Of a DNA stretch of 64,000 bases, positions 11,315 to 23,044 are shown in pieces (position 1 is the stretch's first letter; each line of letters starts with the position of its first letter). The stretch comes from an uncultured Acidimicrobiia bacterium. Its GTDB lineage: Bacteria > Acidobacteriota > Terriglobia > Versatilivoradales > Versatilivoraceae. The DNA lies in assembly GCA_963786955.1 (NCBI GenBank), contig CAWBAT010000008.1, forward strand, positions 288,001 to 352,000, in the 5' to 3' direction. Position numbers and translations under genes: made by a program. Under the pieces are notes generated by a model. It made no database searches, had not been told where the DNA came from, and saw only the letters and a program-made list of their open reading frames with translations.

Positions 11315-11542
11315 CTCTTAGGCCAAGACGTTGCGGTGACGCGGGCGAGAAGGCATCTTTTTGCTGTTGCCCCAACGGATGCCATGGCGCCGAACCTTAA
11401 GACTTCACGACACCTCAATTTTCGCATAGGCATTGGCGTTTCACCGAATACTTGCAATCCTCAAGTGAGCAAACATATCCTACGTCTCCACAAAAAATTC
11501 AGCATTCTGAATCAACTCAATCCAACTAACAAGGAGAACCCC

Positions 11543-12020
11543 ATGAAAGGAAAAACCTTTCTCTCGATTCTGCTAGCACATGTCGTGGCTGGCCATTTCT
11601 TTAGATTTACGCGCGGCGAGGACACCATTGTGGCGCCTGGAAATTAAACGTCGCAAAATCAAAGTTTGATCCGGGTCCGCCGCCGAAGAGCGGGACAGTG
11701 AAATACGAGGCAACTGACGGAGGATATAAGCGGAGCAGGAGAAACCATTGAGGCCGACGGAAAGAAGACTTCGTTTCAATACACGGCCAAGTACGACGGA
11801 AAGGATTACCCGGTGACTGGATCGGAACTCTTTGATAGTATTGCGGTTAAGAAGCATTAATGACCATACCGCCGAAGCCACCCTAAAGAAAGGGGGAAAA
11901 GCGGTCCGGAGTGCGAAGCGGGAGATCTCTCATGATGGCAAGGTCATGACCATCATCATGACCGGCACGAATGAAAAAGGAGAGAAGGTCCACAACAAAG
12001 CGGTATATGACAAGCAGTAG
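11543..12020 (+). CDS. Hypothetical secreted protein (several indels)
   Basis: AAGGAG RBS; WKLNVAKSK, YTAKYDGKDYPVTG and C-terminal AVYDKQ segments in different frames. Confidence 0.55.
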
Positions 12021-12061
12021 CACCTTAGTGGACACCTCAAGTTTTGCGGGGAAAGCCTGGA

Positions 12062-13047
12062 TTACCAATGGTCGTCGGTACGATGCCAAGTCTTGTCCGG
12101 GTTGTACAGTTCCATGTTCTTGGCGATATTCAAGGAGTCCGGCCCAAGATCCTTCTGGTAGACGATTCCCTCGTAACTGACGATAAAAGTTTGCACTCCT
12201 GTGACGCGATAGTCTGCCGGCACAGCGACAAGTGCAAACCCTCCAATCATGACACCCTCTACCATGAAGTTCATTTCTCCCAGCGGCGCTGCGGGGCCTT
12301 GCCCTTTCAATATCTTAAAGTAGTAGCCGTGATAGGGTTCAGACTTGCTCGTGTAACCCTCTTCCAAAGCTTTGGCGATACTTTCGCCGATCGGGCCGAC
12401 CTGGACTGCCGTCCGCATTTTCCAGCATAGGCCATCCGCTTTCCGGGCTGGCTGATGATTCGCTGCGCGTACTGGTTTATTCCACTGTTGTCGTGTACTT
12501 CCAACGCATATTCCTGCTGAGCCTCCACATAACCACGGCAGATTGCGATTGCGTCCAATTCGTTGGCTCCGATGCGCCGGTCAAGAATCTCCTGACGGCC
12601 CGCCTTGGCGTCGAAATACCACTTTCCGCTTCTCTTCACGATAGGGATCGGAAGCGGCCAGTCGTCTTTGCCTACCGAAAGGACGGCGCGATTGGGGTTT
12701 TTCGGGTCCTTCGTGATCGATGTTTGATCGTGAGCCTTAGTGGCAAACCAAGTCGCCTTCTCTTTGTCCTGTACGTGGTCCTTGGTAACTATAAAGTCTA
12801 CGTTATCCGGCCCGAAAATCTCCTCGAGCCTGGGCACATCAAATTGGGCCAATGCCTGAATCAGCGCATCGGCAGCCTGTTTTGGTGTGTCGAACGCTTC
12901 TTGCTTCTTCGGCTGTGAGGTCTCGGTAGCCTTTGGTTTTTCTTGCGGCGCCGCGTGCAGGGCAAACGCCAGAACACAGGAAAGGCCGATCCCGCAAACG
13001 GACAGGAAGATCTTCATCGGGAATAAGTTGTTTGATTTTGATTTCAT
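12062..13047 (-). CDS. DUF2950 family protein (one indel)
   Basis: WPLPIPIVK, RRIGANEL, PYHGYYFKIL, GFALVAVPADY; adjacent to DUF3300. Confidence 0.85.
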
Positions 13048-13072
13048 TTGTTTTCCCTTAAACATCGCTTAT

Positions 13073-14398
13073 TTACCTCCGGCGACCGCCGCCGCCCCCC
13101 CGTGACCCGCCTCCTCCACCACTTCGACCTCCAGAGGACCCCATGCTCGAAGCGCCTCGTGAGCTGCTGGCGCGGGCACTGGCTCCATTTGAAGAGCCTC
13201 CAAAGGCGCTGGTATTGCGGGAACCGGAACTTTTCGGAATCTGCTGACTACCGATGCGGTCTGCGCCTCCTCCACTGCTCCCACGGTTTGCACTCATGTT
13301 GCTCGGACTCCCGCTGCCGCGATTTGCTGCGCCCACGTTGCTCGCTCCCCCACTGCCACGGTTTGCAGCCATGTTGCTCGAACTTCCGCTACCGCGGTTT
13401 TGACCAGAATTTTGCCCTGCCGCGTGGACATCGAATCCCCGCGAGCCGAGCCACCGTATTTATTTGCGGTTGCCTTGTTCGAATAGGGAGCGCCTCCGCG
13501 ATGTTGCGGATTGTGCTGCCAGTTGTTGCTCCCGCCCCGATTGACATTGTTTACGTTGTTGCGATTGACATTAGTATTTCGGTTAAAGTTATTATTGACG
13601 TTGACGTTGACGTCGTTGTGCCCCCATCCACAGCCATAGCCCCAACCCCCACCCCCCCAGGCTGCTCCGATCGCAATGCCAACGCCGAAAGAGATCGCGC
13701 TCGCGGCCACTACGGCTCCCGCCGAGTACGGTGGGTAATAGATCGGCGGATAAGGATAGATGGGCGGGCCGTAAACCACCGTCGGGTTGTACGAGGGCAC
13801 GTAAACTACCTGCGGGTTGGCCTGCTGAATCACCACGACGGTTTTACTCTCCACCGTCTTACTCTCCACCTTATCTGTTCATTGGACTTCAACTTCCCGC
13901 GTTTTTCGCCTTCACTCGCATGCGTTGCACCGCGTCCATCACATCCGCCTGCTGCGCGAGGAAGGCATTGCCAAGGTCGGTGGTCCACTTAATGTTATCT
14001 GCCATTTGTTTGACGACATCCGGGAGCGCCGCCATCGACTGAATGCTTGGGTCCCAATCCTGCTTCATCACCGCATCCGTCAGAGCTTTGTCTTTCAGAT
14101 TCTTGTTTTTCGCCAACCACTGCTGAAGCTGGACGATCTCCAGCGGATAAGTGGAAGCCACCAATACCTGGCTCAAGAGTGGATCTGGATAAAGCGCGAT
14201 CGGCGCAACCAGCGAATCCAATTGATCATTCGGAATCTTTGGCGCCTCTTGTTCAGGCGATCCGCCCGCCTGCTGCTGCGAAAACACCACTAGCTCGCCA
14301 GGCATCAGCAGGACACAAAGGAAAAGGGTCAGCCCACTTCTGATTGCTCTGCCCCAGGAGCTTGTTCCATTTAGTTCAGGGATCATAATTTTTTCCAC
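13073..14398 (-). CDS. DUF3300 domain protein with Gly/Ser-rich tail (indels)
   Basis: LVAPIALYPDPLL, WDPS, VYVPSYNP, WQHNPQHRGGAPY. Confidence 0.88.
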
Positions 14399-15012
14399 CT
14401 TCCTGTAGCATGTGACGAAAGAAGCTTCAACCCGTTACTCACATCGAAAAGATTAGAATCCTTTCACGATCGCAGCGGAAAAGCTATCACACCCCCAAAA
14501 ATCTGGCAATCCAGATTCTTTACTTTGGGCCTTGGCAAAGCATGGCCAGCGCGAAGAAAATGGTGTGGGATGCGTGAAGCGAACGCCGGGAAAAGGAGCC
14601 GAATATTTACCAGTCCCCCTCGGGGCGACCAATCCACAATTTCCCTAATTTCCTACTCACAACCGGGGAGAGGGATCAAGGGCAAGGGGCCCACAATCCG
14701 ACAAAACTCACACTTGAAAATTGGGATCGGCGGGCATAGGGAAAACGGGGTCTATAAATCATGGCATCCCTAGCGGGGTTTCAATCCGTACTGAGCGGCA
14801 AATCGTGAATGTGCAACGGATTCCCCTTTTGTTGCAGGAATTTCTAAGGTAATTTAAGCGTTGTTTTAACCCCAGGCCAATGCTGAAAGCCAAACCGGCT
14901 CACTGCCGTCGAGATCGAGAAAAACAGGAGGCAGTGGGCTCAATCGTTTTGCAACAAACGGCGAGTCGAACAGTGGCCGTAACTATCTTCAAACTGACGG
15001 AGGATCCTACCC

Positions 15013-16005
15013 TTGAAGTCTTTCATCTCTGCTTGTCTCGTCATCTTATTGGCCACTTATAGCATTTCGGCTGCCGAGTATCCACAGGCCGAAATTTCGA
15101 ATTCAGTCATTCAGGCTAAAGTCTATCTGCCGGATGCGCGTGAGGGATTTTACCGGGGAACTCGCTTCGATTGGTCCGGCGTCGTCTCGACCCTCATTTG
15201 GAACGGCCACAATTATTTCGGGAATTGGTTTGAGAAGCATGATCCGACGCTGCACGATTCCATCAGCGGACCGGTGGAGGAATTCCTTACGGATAAGGCT
15301 GCGTTGGGCTATATGGAAGCAAAGCCGGGGGAACCGTTCGTTAAAATCGGCGTGGGGGCTCTCCGCAAACCGAACGAGGCAAGCTACAGCTCGTTTACGA
15401 CTTACGAGATATTAAATCCGGGGAAGTGGAGCACCAAGAAGGGGTCCACTTGGGTTGAATTTATTCAGGAATTCCCGGATACATCAGGCTACGCCTACAT
15501 CTATCGCAAGAAGATATGGCTCAAAAAGGGTAAACCCCTGCTCGTCTTGGAACACACGCTCAAGAACACCGGACGGAAGGTCATCGACACAAGTGTCTAT
15601 GACCATAATTTCTTCATGCTGGACGCACAACCTTCCGGTCCGGATTTCGTCTTGAAGTTTCCATTTGATCTGCATGCAACCGAAGACTTGAAAGGCCTGG
15701 CTGAAATCCGCGGCAAGGAACTGGTCTATCTTCAGGAGTTGCAGAAAAATCAATATGTCTATACTCACCTGGAGGGATTTGGGTCGAGCCCCGCGGATAA
15801 CGATATCCGGGTCGAGAACCGCAAGACGAAAGCCGGCGTGCACGTGAACGGAAACCGCCCGCTCTCGAAATTGGCGTTCTGGTCCAACCCGAAGCTCGTA
15901 TGCCCGGAGCCTTTCATCAACATGCGCATCGAACCCGGGAAGCAGTCGACCTGGCGAATCACCTATGAGTTTTACTCCGTTCCGACAGCAGGTCAGAGTC
16001 AATAA
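15013..16005 (+). CDS. Conserved secreted hypothetical protein (galactose-mutarotase-like fold possible)
   Basis: Signal peptide; YRGTRFDWSG, YDHNF, CPEPF; GGAGG RBS. Confidence 0.65.
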   Translation: MKSFISACLVILLATYSISAAEYPQAEISNSVIQAKVYLPDAREGFYRGTRFDWSGVVSTLIWNGHNYFGNWFEKHDPTLHDSISGPVEEFLTDKAALGYMEAKPGEPFVKIGVGALRKPNEASYSSFTTYEILNPGKWSTKKGSTWVEFIQEFPDTSGYAYIYRKKIWLKKGKPLLVLEHTLKNTGRKVIDTSVYDHNFFMLDAQPSGPDFVLKFPFDLHATEDLKGLAEIRGKELVYLQELQKNQYVYTHLEGFGSSPADNDIRVENRKTKAGVHVNGNRPLSKLAFWSNPKLVCPEPFINMRIEPGKQSTWRITYEFYSVPTAGQSQ

Positions 16006-16020
16006 GGTTTACATTGTTAT

Positions 16021-16194
16021 GGAGCCCCCTCTTGGAAAAGGGGGGACTTGAGGGGGGTCGTCCCGGATTTGTAATTTTATTAATTGACTTTGTATTAATC
16101 GGAACCGTCGTCAATTCATGCTCAATGGATGAGTTTGCAAAAATGAGTAGTCCCCCCTCACCTCTGTCCCCTCTCCCGCGTTGGGGCGAAGGGA
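16021..16194. repeat. C/G-rich intergenic palindromic repeats
   Basis: CCCCCTCTTGGAAAAGGGGGG hairpin and CCCTCACC..CCCTCTCCC..GAAGGG element; related sequences near 10313-10331 and 14663-14690. Confidence 0.55.
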
Positions 16195-16239
16195 GCCGAT
16201 AATACTTTTGTTCTGTTTGTGGCCCGAAGGATCGTGAAC

Positions 16240-17170
16240 ATGACCCAGAACGCGATAGGCGAATTTCAGACAGCCAATCATCTATTGAACGATCTTGAAA
16301 AGCTGAATGCGACATTCGAGGAAGAAGGCTACCTTTTCTTTAGGAATGTTTTGGATTCGGCTGCAATCCTTAAAGTGAAGCAAGACTTTGTCCACGTGCT
16401 GCAGCAACAAGGAGTCGTCAAAGCCGGTGTGTCAGAACCGATCTGGACGGGTGCGGGGCTAGACCAGATTGATGATGACGCCCTCTATGCCCTGGATTCC
16501 TATCAGGAGCTACTCGATCGGAAATCAAGCCGGCTCTTGTTCGAACAGATCTTCGGCGAGCCGGTATTCATGTATCGCAACACCGACATCCGTTTCGCAC
16601 TACCTAAAGATGAGAAACATCTGACGCCATCCCATCAGGATCATTTTTTCATCCGACAAACCAACCATTTTCGAACGGCCTGGATACCCCTGATGAATAT
16701 TGAATCGAACGTAGGTGGTTTGACCCTGGCGGCACGTAGCCATCAGTCGGGGCTGCTGGAGCACGTGGAGCACGAGACGGCATACTCCTATATCTTTCGG
16801 GGAAGAAAACAGCGCGGAGTTCCTTTGGAGCGTATTCAGCAAAACTGGTTGACGGCGGACTATCGCCCCGGAGATCTCCTGATCTTTCATAGCCTGATGA
16901 TTCATCGAGCACTCCCGAACACTTCCGACAAGATACGGCTTTCGCTGGATGCCCGGTATCAGCCGATTTCTGAGCCAAGAACTTGGCAAGCAGGGAAGAC
17001 CATACTGGAGCTGCGCCAATACCGGCGGCAGGTTCGAGAGATTGCGCTTGCAGAAGGAGCCAGTGAGGAGCTTGTTTGAAACACTCTTGATCGAGATGAT
17101 GAAACAAGGCCTTGAGGCGCGGAAGGAGAATATCAGATCCCTCATGGAACAATTGAAGGTCAATGCCTAA
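16240..17170 (+). CDS. Phytanoyl-CoA dioxygenase family protein (indel near 3' end)
   Basis: HQD, GDLLIFHSLMIHRA, RLSLDARY. Confidence 0.85.
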
Positions 17171-17241
17171 ACCCGCTGGAGAGGAGTTGCTGCAACAGAA
17201 AACAAATAGATCCCTGGCTGCTACCGAGGACCGTTTCTCTA

Positions 17242-19362
17242 TCATTTTTTCCCCGTGTTCTCCTCACTAACTGATTTCCCGGTGATATTGCGAATGGCGG
17301 CATTGGCGGACCAGCGGATGCGGGGATGCGCTTGAAGTTTTTGCAATACCGGCAATGCGGGAGACGCTTCTGGCCCGATGGCGCCCAATGCCACTGCAAG
17401 GCTTCTTAAGACATGCACCTGCTCACCCTCCACCTGGCAGGCCGTTATCAATGCCGGGAGCGCTACAATCGCTGCCTTTCCCTGCCGCTCAATTGCTTGG
17501 GCGGCCATCATTCGCACGTTGGGGTTTTCATCTTTTAATTTCACAATCAACTTACTCAGTGCCGACTCTGAACTCGTACCTGCGTTTCGCAGTGCAATGG
17601 CCGCCAATCCCCGGACAACGTGATCCGGATCATCTAAGGCAAGAACGAGTTGCGAGATTGCCTTCGAGGCTTGGTCTCCCAGCTGCGTCAATCCCCAAGC
17701 CGCTGCCTCGCGCACAGAGTCATCTCTGTCTGCCAAAGCCGTCGAGAATTGATCGATACTGGAAATGGCATCCAAACCTTGTTCTCCAATTCGGCGCAGT
17801 TCGTCAGCCCGCGGGTTATCTTCGCGTGGAAAAGAAGCTACTTTGGAAAGAATTAAGGTGTCGATCCCCAGGTAGTAATTAGAAGACCGGCTGTCTTTCC
17901 CAGTGCATACAAATGTGATGATATGAGGGCCTTTGCTGAGTTGTTCCCAGCCCAGGAGATGATTCTCGGCCACATAAAGTTCGGTATGGTAAAGATTCAA
18001 CCGGCTTTCTTCAACCATGTTGGCTCCCGGTTCGTGCTCCAAATTCAACGCCCCTAGAGGCTTTCCATCCAGAAGCGTTGTAAACTCTCCGTAGTCAGAT
18101 GAATGAGCCACCTGGGCAAGAATCTCATAAAGTCCATCTTCCTCAATATCAATAGGAATAAGAATCTTTGATCCAATTCCCTTGGCCCGAAAGAGAAGCA
18201 GGTCTCGGGACCAGAAAGCTTCCTTAAGGACTTCTGCCGATCCTCCTTCCATTTTCGTTCTGTCAAGGGACCGTTCGACTTCAACCTGACGGGCATTCCC
18301 ATGGGGCACCCTTGCCGCTCCATAGGGAAGCTGCGGCAGGCCCTGAGCGATTCCTTGCTGATACCAGAAGGCAACACTGCTAAAGAGATCACTCCTCCCC
18401 TCAAAGCCAGAACGTACGGTTCCATCAGCGTTATATGTCCAACCGGCAGTTTCAATTTCAAAGCGGAGAGAATGCTCAAAAGGAATAGGGTCGAGCAGAT
18501 GCCAGCGATAAGCAGTCAACCGTGCCCCGGTCCTGGTTCCATCTTCGGCAACAGGCACACCAGTATAAGGACCTTCGGAAATACGCAATCCCCAGGCATC
18601 ATTGAAATAATCTTCCGTTCCAGTGCCCTCAATGCTTGGTTTTTGATTGCCATCCACATAGAAGAACTCATCCCCTTCTCCAAACCAACCCGGCTCGGTC
18701 TGAACGACACTGAGTACTGTCCCCACGTAATGACCTTTTCCCTGGACAGACAAAAATTCATAAGGTCTCCCCTTCGGTTCTGGCCGCTTCTGCCGATAAC
18801 GGGCATGAAAATAGCCGATATTGGGAGGTAATGACTTTCGTTTCTGCCAATCGATGTGATAGTAGAAGTTGGAAACCCTCTCACGGCCTTCGTTGGTGAG
18901 AGTGATCTTGCAGGATTTGAGAAAGGGCATGGGCCAGTAGCCGTTTCTCGATCGGCCGTCCGAACTGTTACGGACCATCAATGAATTGAGAGGGCGCTCC
19001 ATGCCATGGCCAACAGCGAAAAAATCTCCCAAAGGACTATCGACGCTTGGCGTCGAGCTGCCATCATAGTAGACACGGAGACGCAAGAGGCGAGGCCAGC
19101 CATACTCAAAGGCCGCAACTGTGATCCAGATGTGGGTAATCATTCCGGGGCCCGTCAGGTCTGCCAACACGATGGTTTCCCCGGGGATGGGTCTCTTGCT
19201 ATCGTCATTGCTCTCAGGATCTGGGTTGTTGCTCGAAACCCGCAATGCCTGGAAATCTTTGCTTTCAGCCAATTGTGAGAAATCGGAAAAGACTTGTCCT
19301 TCGGCCGCTATGGATGAAAAAAGCAGAGTCAACAGGACTTTACCAGCCAGGCTAATCTTCAT
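17242..19362 (-). CDS. DUF2961 (GH172-like) protein with C-terminal HEAT repeats
   Basis: GPGMITHIW, WFGEGD, GTGTEDYF; repeated VR..AA.AL helices. Confidence 0.85.
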   Translation of the reverse strand: MKISLAGKVLLTLLFSSIAAEGQVFSDFSQLAESKDFQALRVSSNNPDPESNDDSKRPIPGETIVLADLTGPGMITHIWITVAAFEYGWPRLLRLRVYYDGSSTPSVDSPLGDFFAVGHGMERPLNSLMVRNSSDGRSRNGYWPMPFLKSCKITLTNEGRERVSNFYYHIDWQKRKSLPPNIGYFHARYRQKRPEPKGRPYEFLSVQGKGHYVGTVLSVVQTEPGWFGEGDEFFYVDGNQKPSIEGTGTEDYFNDAWGLRISEGPYTGVPVAEDGTRTGARLTAYRWHLLDPIPFEHSLRFEIETAGWTYNADGTVRSGFEGRSDLFSSVAFWYQQGIAQGLPQLPYGAARVPHGNARQVEVERSLDRTKMEGGSAEVLKEAFWSRDLLLFRAKGIGSKILIPIDIEEDGLYEILAQVAHSSDYGEFTTLLDGKPLGALNLEHEPGANMVEESRLNLYHTELYVAENHLLGWEQLSKGPHIITFVCTGKDSRSSNYYLGIDTLILSKVASFPREDNPRADELRRIGEQGLDAISSIDQFSTALADRDDSVREAAAWGLTQLGDQASKAISQLVLALDDPDHVVRGLAAIALRNAGTSSESALSKLIVKLKDENPNVRMMAAQAIERQGKAAIVALPALITACQVEGEQVHVLRSLAVALGAIGPEASPALPVLQKLQAHPRIRWSANAAIRNITGKSVSEENTGKK

Positions 19363-19865
19363 AGAGCCCTCGCAAAATGAGAAAAAGTACTGACAACCCT
19401 ATCCGATGGGGCATGGTTCGACCAGAGGTACCGCATCGGGTCTCGGGACTTTGTCAGAGTCGAATCACACACCCACTCAGATGGTGTACAACCGATATCG
19501 TGAGAACCCAATTCTATGCTGTTCTACATGAGTATGCCTATGAAAACCCAACTGCAATGAAGCAAATCTCGACCACACGTTGTTGAGGATTTTGGTCAAA
19601 CTGTTGAGAGAAGGGAAGCTCGGATTCGGTTGTCCTGAATTTGATTAAATGGACACAAGTTCGGAAAATATCTAGCCTGCATGTGGGAGAGGGAGCGTGG
19701 ATTAGGATGCCGCTTTTCTTGGCATTCTTAGCAGCCACATTTGATGGCGGATCCACCGCCGGGTGGCGAAGCCATGCCTTGTTGGCATGTCCTCATGTCA
19801 TGGAATTCGACTATGTCGGTTAGTTTAGCTGCGAGGTGAAGGATTCTGTCTGCGCTTGCTGAGTT

Positions 19866-21512
19866 CTAGGCTTTCGATGAGCGGACCTTTTCTTTTATGC
19901 GTTGAATGTGCCCACGGCCGAGGGCCTTTACTTCGCATCCAAGCTCGAAGTAACGGCTAATATCCGTATCTTCGAGGATTCCGAAGCAATCGACCACGGC
20001 GATGGGGCCCCCGGCCCATTTGACCACGTCGTCCGGTTTCAACTGCAAGTAGGGCGCATGGCGCACTGCCAGAATCAAGGCCTCTACCCCTTTGAGAGCC
20101 GCCGGCAGATCTTTCTGCACCCGCATGTTGACCAGGTCTTGCTGATTGCGGAAGAACCGGGACCAGGAATGGCCTGGTGCGGGGTAGGTGTCTTGGCTCT
20201 CCAGTTCGTACCAATGACTGACATACGGATCGTGGACAGACATCTCTGCACCCATTTCGGCGAGCTTGCGCAAAACCAGTTCGCTGCCGCTGTAACGCGT
20301 ATCCCCGACATCCTCGCGGTAACTTGCTCCGGCGAGGAGGACCCGCGCGCCGGCAATATACCTGCCCATGTTGCGTAGCGAGTCCCGTGTGAGCTCAGCA
20401 ACATGCAATCCACGGGTATCATTGATATCGATTGCAGCGGTGCTCATCTTGAAGACGCTATCACCGTCTTCAAAGCCCAGGATGTGCCGGTAGGCCCAAT
20501 AACCCAGTCCGCCGTCTTTGGGGAGACAATACCCGCCAATCCCGGGGCCGGGAAAGATGATGTTGCTGTGCGTCGGCCTCGTTTTGACAGCCCGGATGAC
20601 TTTCATGAGATCCACGCCATTCCGTTCAGAGAATATTGACCACTCGTTCAGGAATGCCAGAATGGTTGCGCGGTAGGAGTTCTCAACGATCTTGGTGGTC
20701 TCGGACTCAATCGGGCGATCCATCACCGTCAGCGGGAACTTTTCGACATTAAGCACTTCGTTTAGAAACTTAACGACCCGCTTTCTTGCCTCACTGTTGC
20801 AGCCCGAACAGACTCGCCAGAAATCGCGGATGCTGCTGACGTAATCCTTGCCCGGCATGACGCGCTCGAAGCTGTGGGCCAGCAGCGGCACTGCCTTGAT
20901 CCCGCGGGCATGGAACGCCTTTTTGAGAATTGGCCAAGCCACGAACTCCGTGGTGCCGGGAGCGACGGTTGTCTCGATAAGGACCAGGCATTTGGGTTGG
21001 ATCTTTTCACCAATGGTCTTTAGGGTGGCCTCAAGCGCTGCCATCTCGGCCTCCCCGGTTTTCATGGAGCCCAGGTGATGCTTGGTGTAATCACACTGAA
21101 CGTCCACCACGACGCAATCTGCCAAGGCCAGGCAGTCAGGATTATACGTAGCAACGAGTGTCTTCTTCTCCTGGACGCAGCGGGAGATCATCGGGTCAAC
21201 CTCAGGATCTTCGGACTTTACCGGTGACTCCCCGCGGTTGAGCAGCGGCGTCTTCCAGTAACTACGCGTACTGGGCCGCTGGCAGCCGATAACGAATTTC
21301 GTCGGATGGCCCTTCTTCTTGTGGACCGTGTCGGCCACAATCGCCGCCATCACTGCCCCGACAAAACCCAAACCCATCACGACCACAACTTCTTTGCCTT
21401 CCTTATGGGCGGCGGCGGCAAGCTTCTGGAGTCGCCTATACTCGACCGCGTAATCTTCCTTGGTTGGCAAGGCAAACTTTTCACCGCTCGGACTGATGGA
21501 ATATTCTGGCAT
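19866..21512 (-). CDS. UDP-glucose/GDP-mannose dehydrogenase family protein
   Basis: GLGFVG, ETTVAPGTT, GPGIGGYCLPKD, DTRYS. Confidence 0.9.
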   Translation of the reverse strand: MPEYSISPSGEKFALPTKEDYAVEYRRLQKLAAAAHKEGKEVVVVMGLGFVGAVMAAIVADTVHKKKGHPTKFVIGCQRPSTRSYWKTPLLNRGESPVKSEDPEVDPMISRCVQEKKTLVATYNPDCLALADCVVVDVQCDYTKHHLGSMKTGEAEMAALEATLKTIGEKIQPKCLVLIETTVAPGTTEFVAWPILKKAFHARGIKAVPLLAHSFERVMPGKDYVSSIRDFWRVCSGCNSEARKRVVKFLNEVLNVEKFPLTVMDRPIESETTKIVENSYRATILAFLNEWSIFSERNGVDLMKVIRAVKTRPTHSNIIFPGPGIGGYCLPKDGGLGYWAYRHILGFEDGDSVFKMSTAAIDINDTRGLHVAELTRDSLRNMGRYIAGARVLLAGASYREDVGDTRYSGSELVLRKLAEMGAEMSVHDPYVSHWYELESQDTYPAPGHSWSRFFRNQQDLVNMRVQKDLPAALKGVEALILAVRHAPYLQLKPDDVVKWAGGPIAVVDCFGILEDTDISRYFELGCEVKALGRGHIQRIKEKVRSSKA

Positions 21513-21577
21513 GATGGTCCTTTCTTAAGAAGATGCGTGAACGCTGCCCCCGGATGTAGTTGCGTTCCGAAACCGAT

Positions 21578-21641
21578 ACTTGAACACCCACGATGGGTGA
21601 CCATCGCTAGATCTAAAGTCTAGTGTGTTTGCCAATTCCGC
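21578..21641 (-). pseudogene. Degenerate partial copy of tRNA-Leu (att-like remnant)
   Basis: 58/64 identity with 33321-33384; no acceptor stem; T stem unpaired. Confidence 0.8.
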
Positions 21642-21830
21642 GGGTGGAGCAGACATGCGCCGTTTGCATGTCTTTGTGTCCTTGCACTGTTGTACAGTCT
21701 TCCCATTCACGAGCCATTCGGTTGGGTGTCTCGCCGAAGCCACCGCACATTCGGCGTGCTCGGCGAGACACCCAACATTGACGAAATATTTGACGATCTC
21801 ATTGGGGGCAAAGGGGGTAGGAACTTGGCT

Positions 21831-22379
21831 CTATGCAGTTCTTCGACCCGGCCGGGAATCTGCATTTGCCTTGCTCTCATTAGAAGCGGAGTTAGAAACC
21901 CTATTTGTTTCGTGATGAAAATTTGATTCTGCCTCGACGCCAGTTCTGCCGGAACCTTTCGACTCTTGCGATGGATCCGGATCGGTTGACTCACTCGTGT
22001 TCTCATCCGGAGTGATTGACAAAGGCCCTTTTTTCTTGGCCCTATTTTTCCTTCTTCTTTCCTTAATCAAATCATTCTCAATCAGAACATCAATCACCTG
22101 GTGCAAATTGGTGTCCAGAACGACGCAAATATCTTTGATAGAGAGACCCTGATTTGCAAAGAGGTTACAGATGGTGCACTCGCGCTTCACCTGTGGATCC
22201 AACTCCCTGAGGTTCTCAGGCAAATTAAACTTGGTCTTCGTCTTCTCAAAGCCTTCTTTGGTGTAATCATCGGCGAAGGCAATGAGCATGTGCATCCAAA
22301 ATTTCCTGAAGATCTTGACGAACATCTTATCCATCTCCCCCAACAATCTACAGGCTATCAGTTTAACCCGGTCAATCAA
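21831..22379 (-). CDS. Hypothetical HTH-like protein, paralog of 31821-32120
   Basis: Shared PQxKRxxTICNLFxNxxxSIxDxxxVLD...VIxVL...I-x-(D/E)RR pattern. Confidence 0.65.
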   Translation of the reverse strand: MIDRVKLIACRLLGEMDKMFVKIFRKFWMHMLIAFADDYTKEGFEKTKTKFNLPENLRELDPQVKRECTICNLFANQGLSIKDICVVLDTNLHQVIDVLIENDLIKERRRKNRAKKKGPLSITPDENTSESTDPDPSQESKGSGRTGVEAESNFHHETNRVSNSASNESKANADSRPGRRTA

Positions 22380-22882
22380 GTCATTGAACGATAAAGCTGA
22401 GTGATTAAATCCGGTCCAGACACGGGTCCCGTATAATATATCAGCATGCCGGTCACCAAATTTTCGGAGCTACTTCGTATTTGTCTCAATTTCGAAATTG
22501 TTACATTGTTTCGATCTTTTTGCAAGCTCCATTCATCTTAAATACGCTTTTACTTCAATGACTTACAGAAAATCAGTCCCGACATTTTGGGAAAATAAAA
22601 GCAATAGGGAAAGACTTTTCCATTTTTGTCAGCGAGTATGCATAAACCTAAATATATCTTAATTTCTGCAAATTAATGGGAAAACGCGGAAATAAATTTC
22701 CATAATGTAATCGGCCGGGAAATGCCCTGACCATAGGGTTTTGGAGTCCTCGACGGGGTGGACATATCCTTCCTGAAGTTGCCGAGAGACAAAAACGCAC
22801 AAGAGACAGTGCGCCCACGCCCCCGCTCCACCTGAAAACCCTAAATGCTCCTGTTCATCAATACCCAAACGCATGATGCACG

Positions 22883-22976
22883 GTAGGTACAGGCATCCTT
22901 GCCTGTCGAGCGATAGTTAGATTGAGGATTTGGCCTGCATTTGCGACCAGGTACAGGCAAGAATGCCTGTACCTAC
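22883..22976. repeat. REP doublet (GTAGGTACAGGCA family)
   Basis: gtaggtacaggcatccttgcctgtc ... acaggcaagaatgcctgtacctac. Confidence 0.75.
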
Positions 22977-23044
22977 CTCTAACCTCGATTTGTTAGTGGA
23001 TGGTCGGCCGGAGTACGAACTGGTGCAAGTTGGTGTTATGGAGG

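Noticed and set aside
13048-13992. 314-aa plus-strand ORF and other long antisense ORFs
   Set aside because: Shadow frames of well-supported genes on the opposite strand
21560-21655. Functional ochre-suppressor tRNA
   Set aside because: No acceptor stem, T stem does not pair, no CCA
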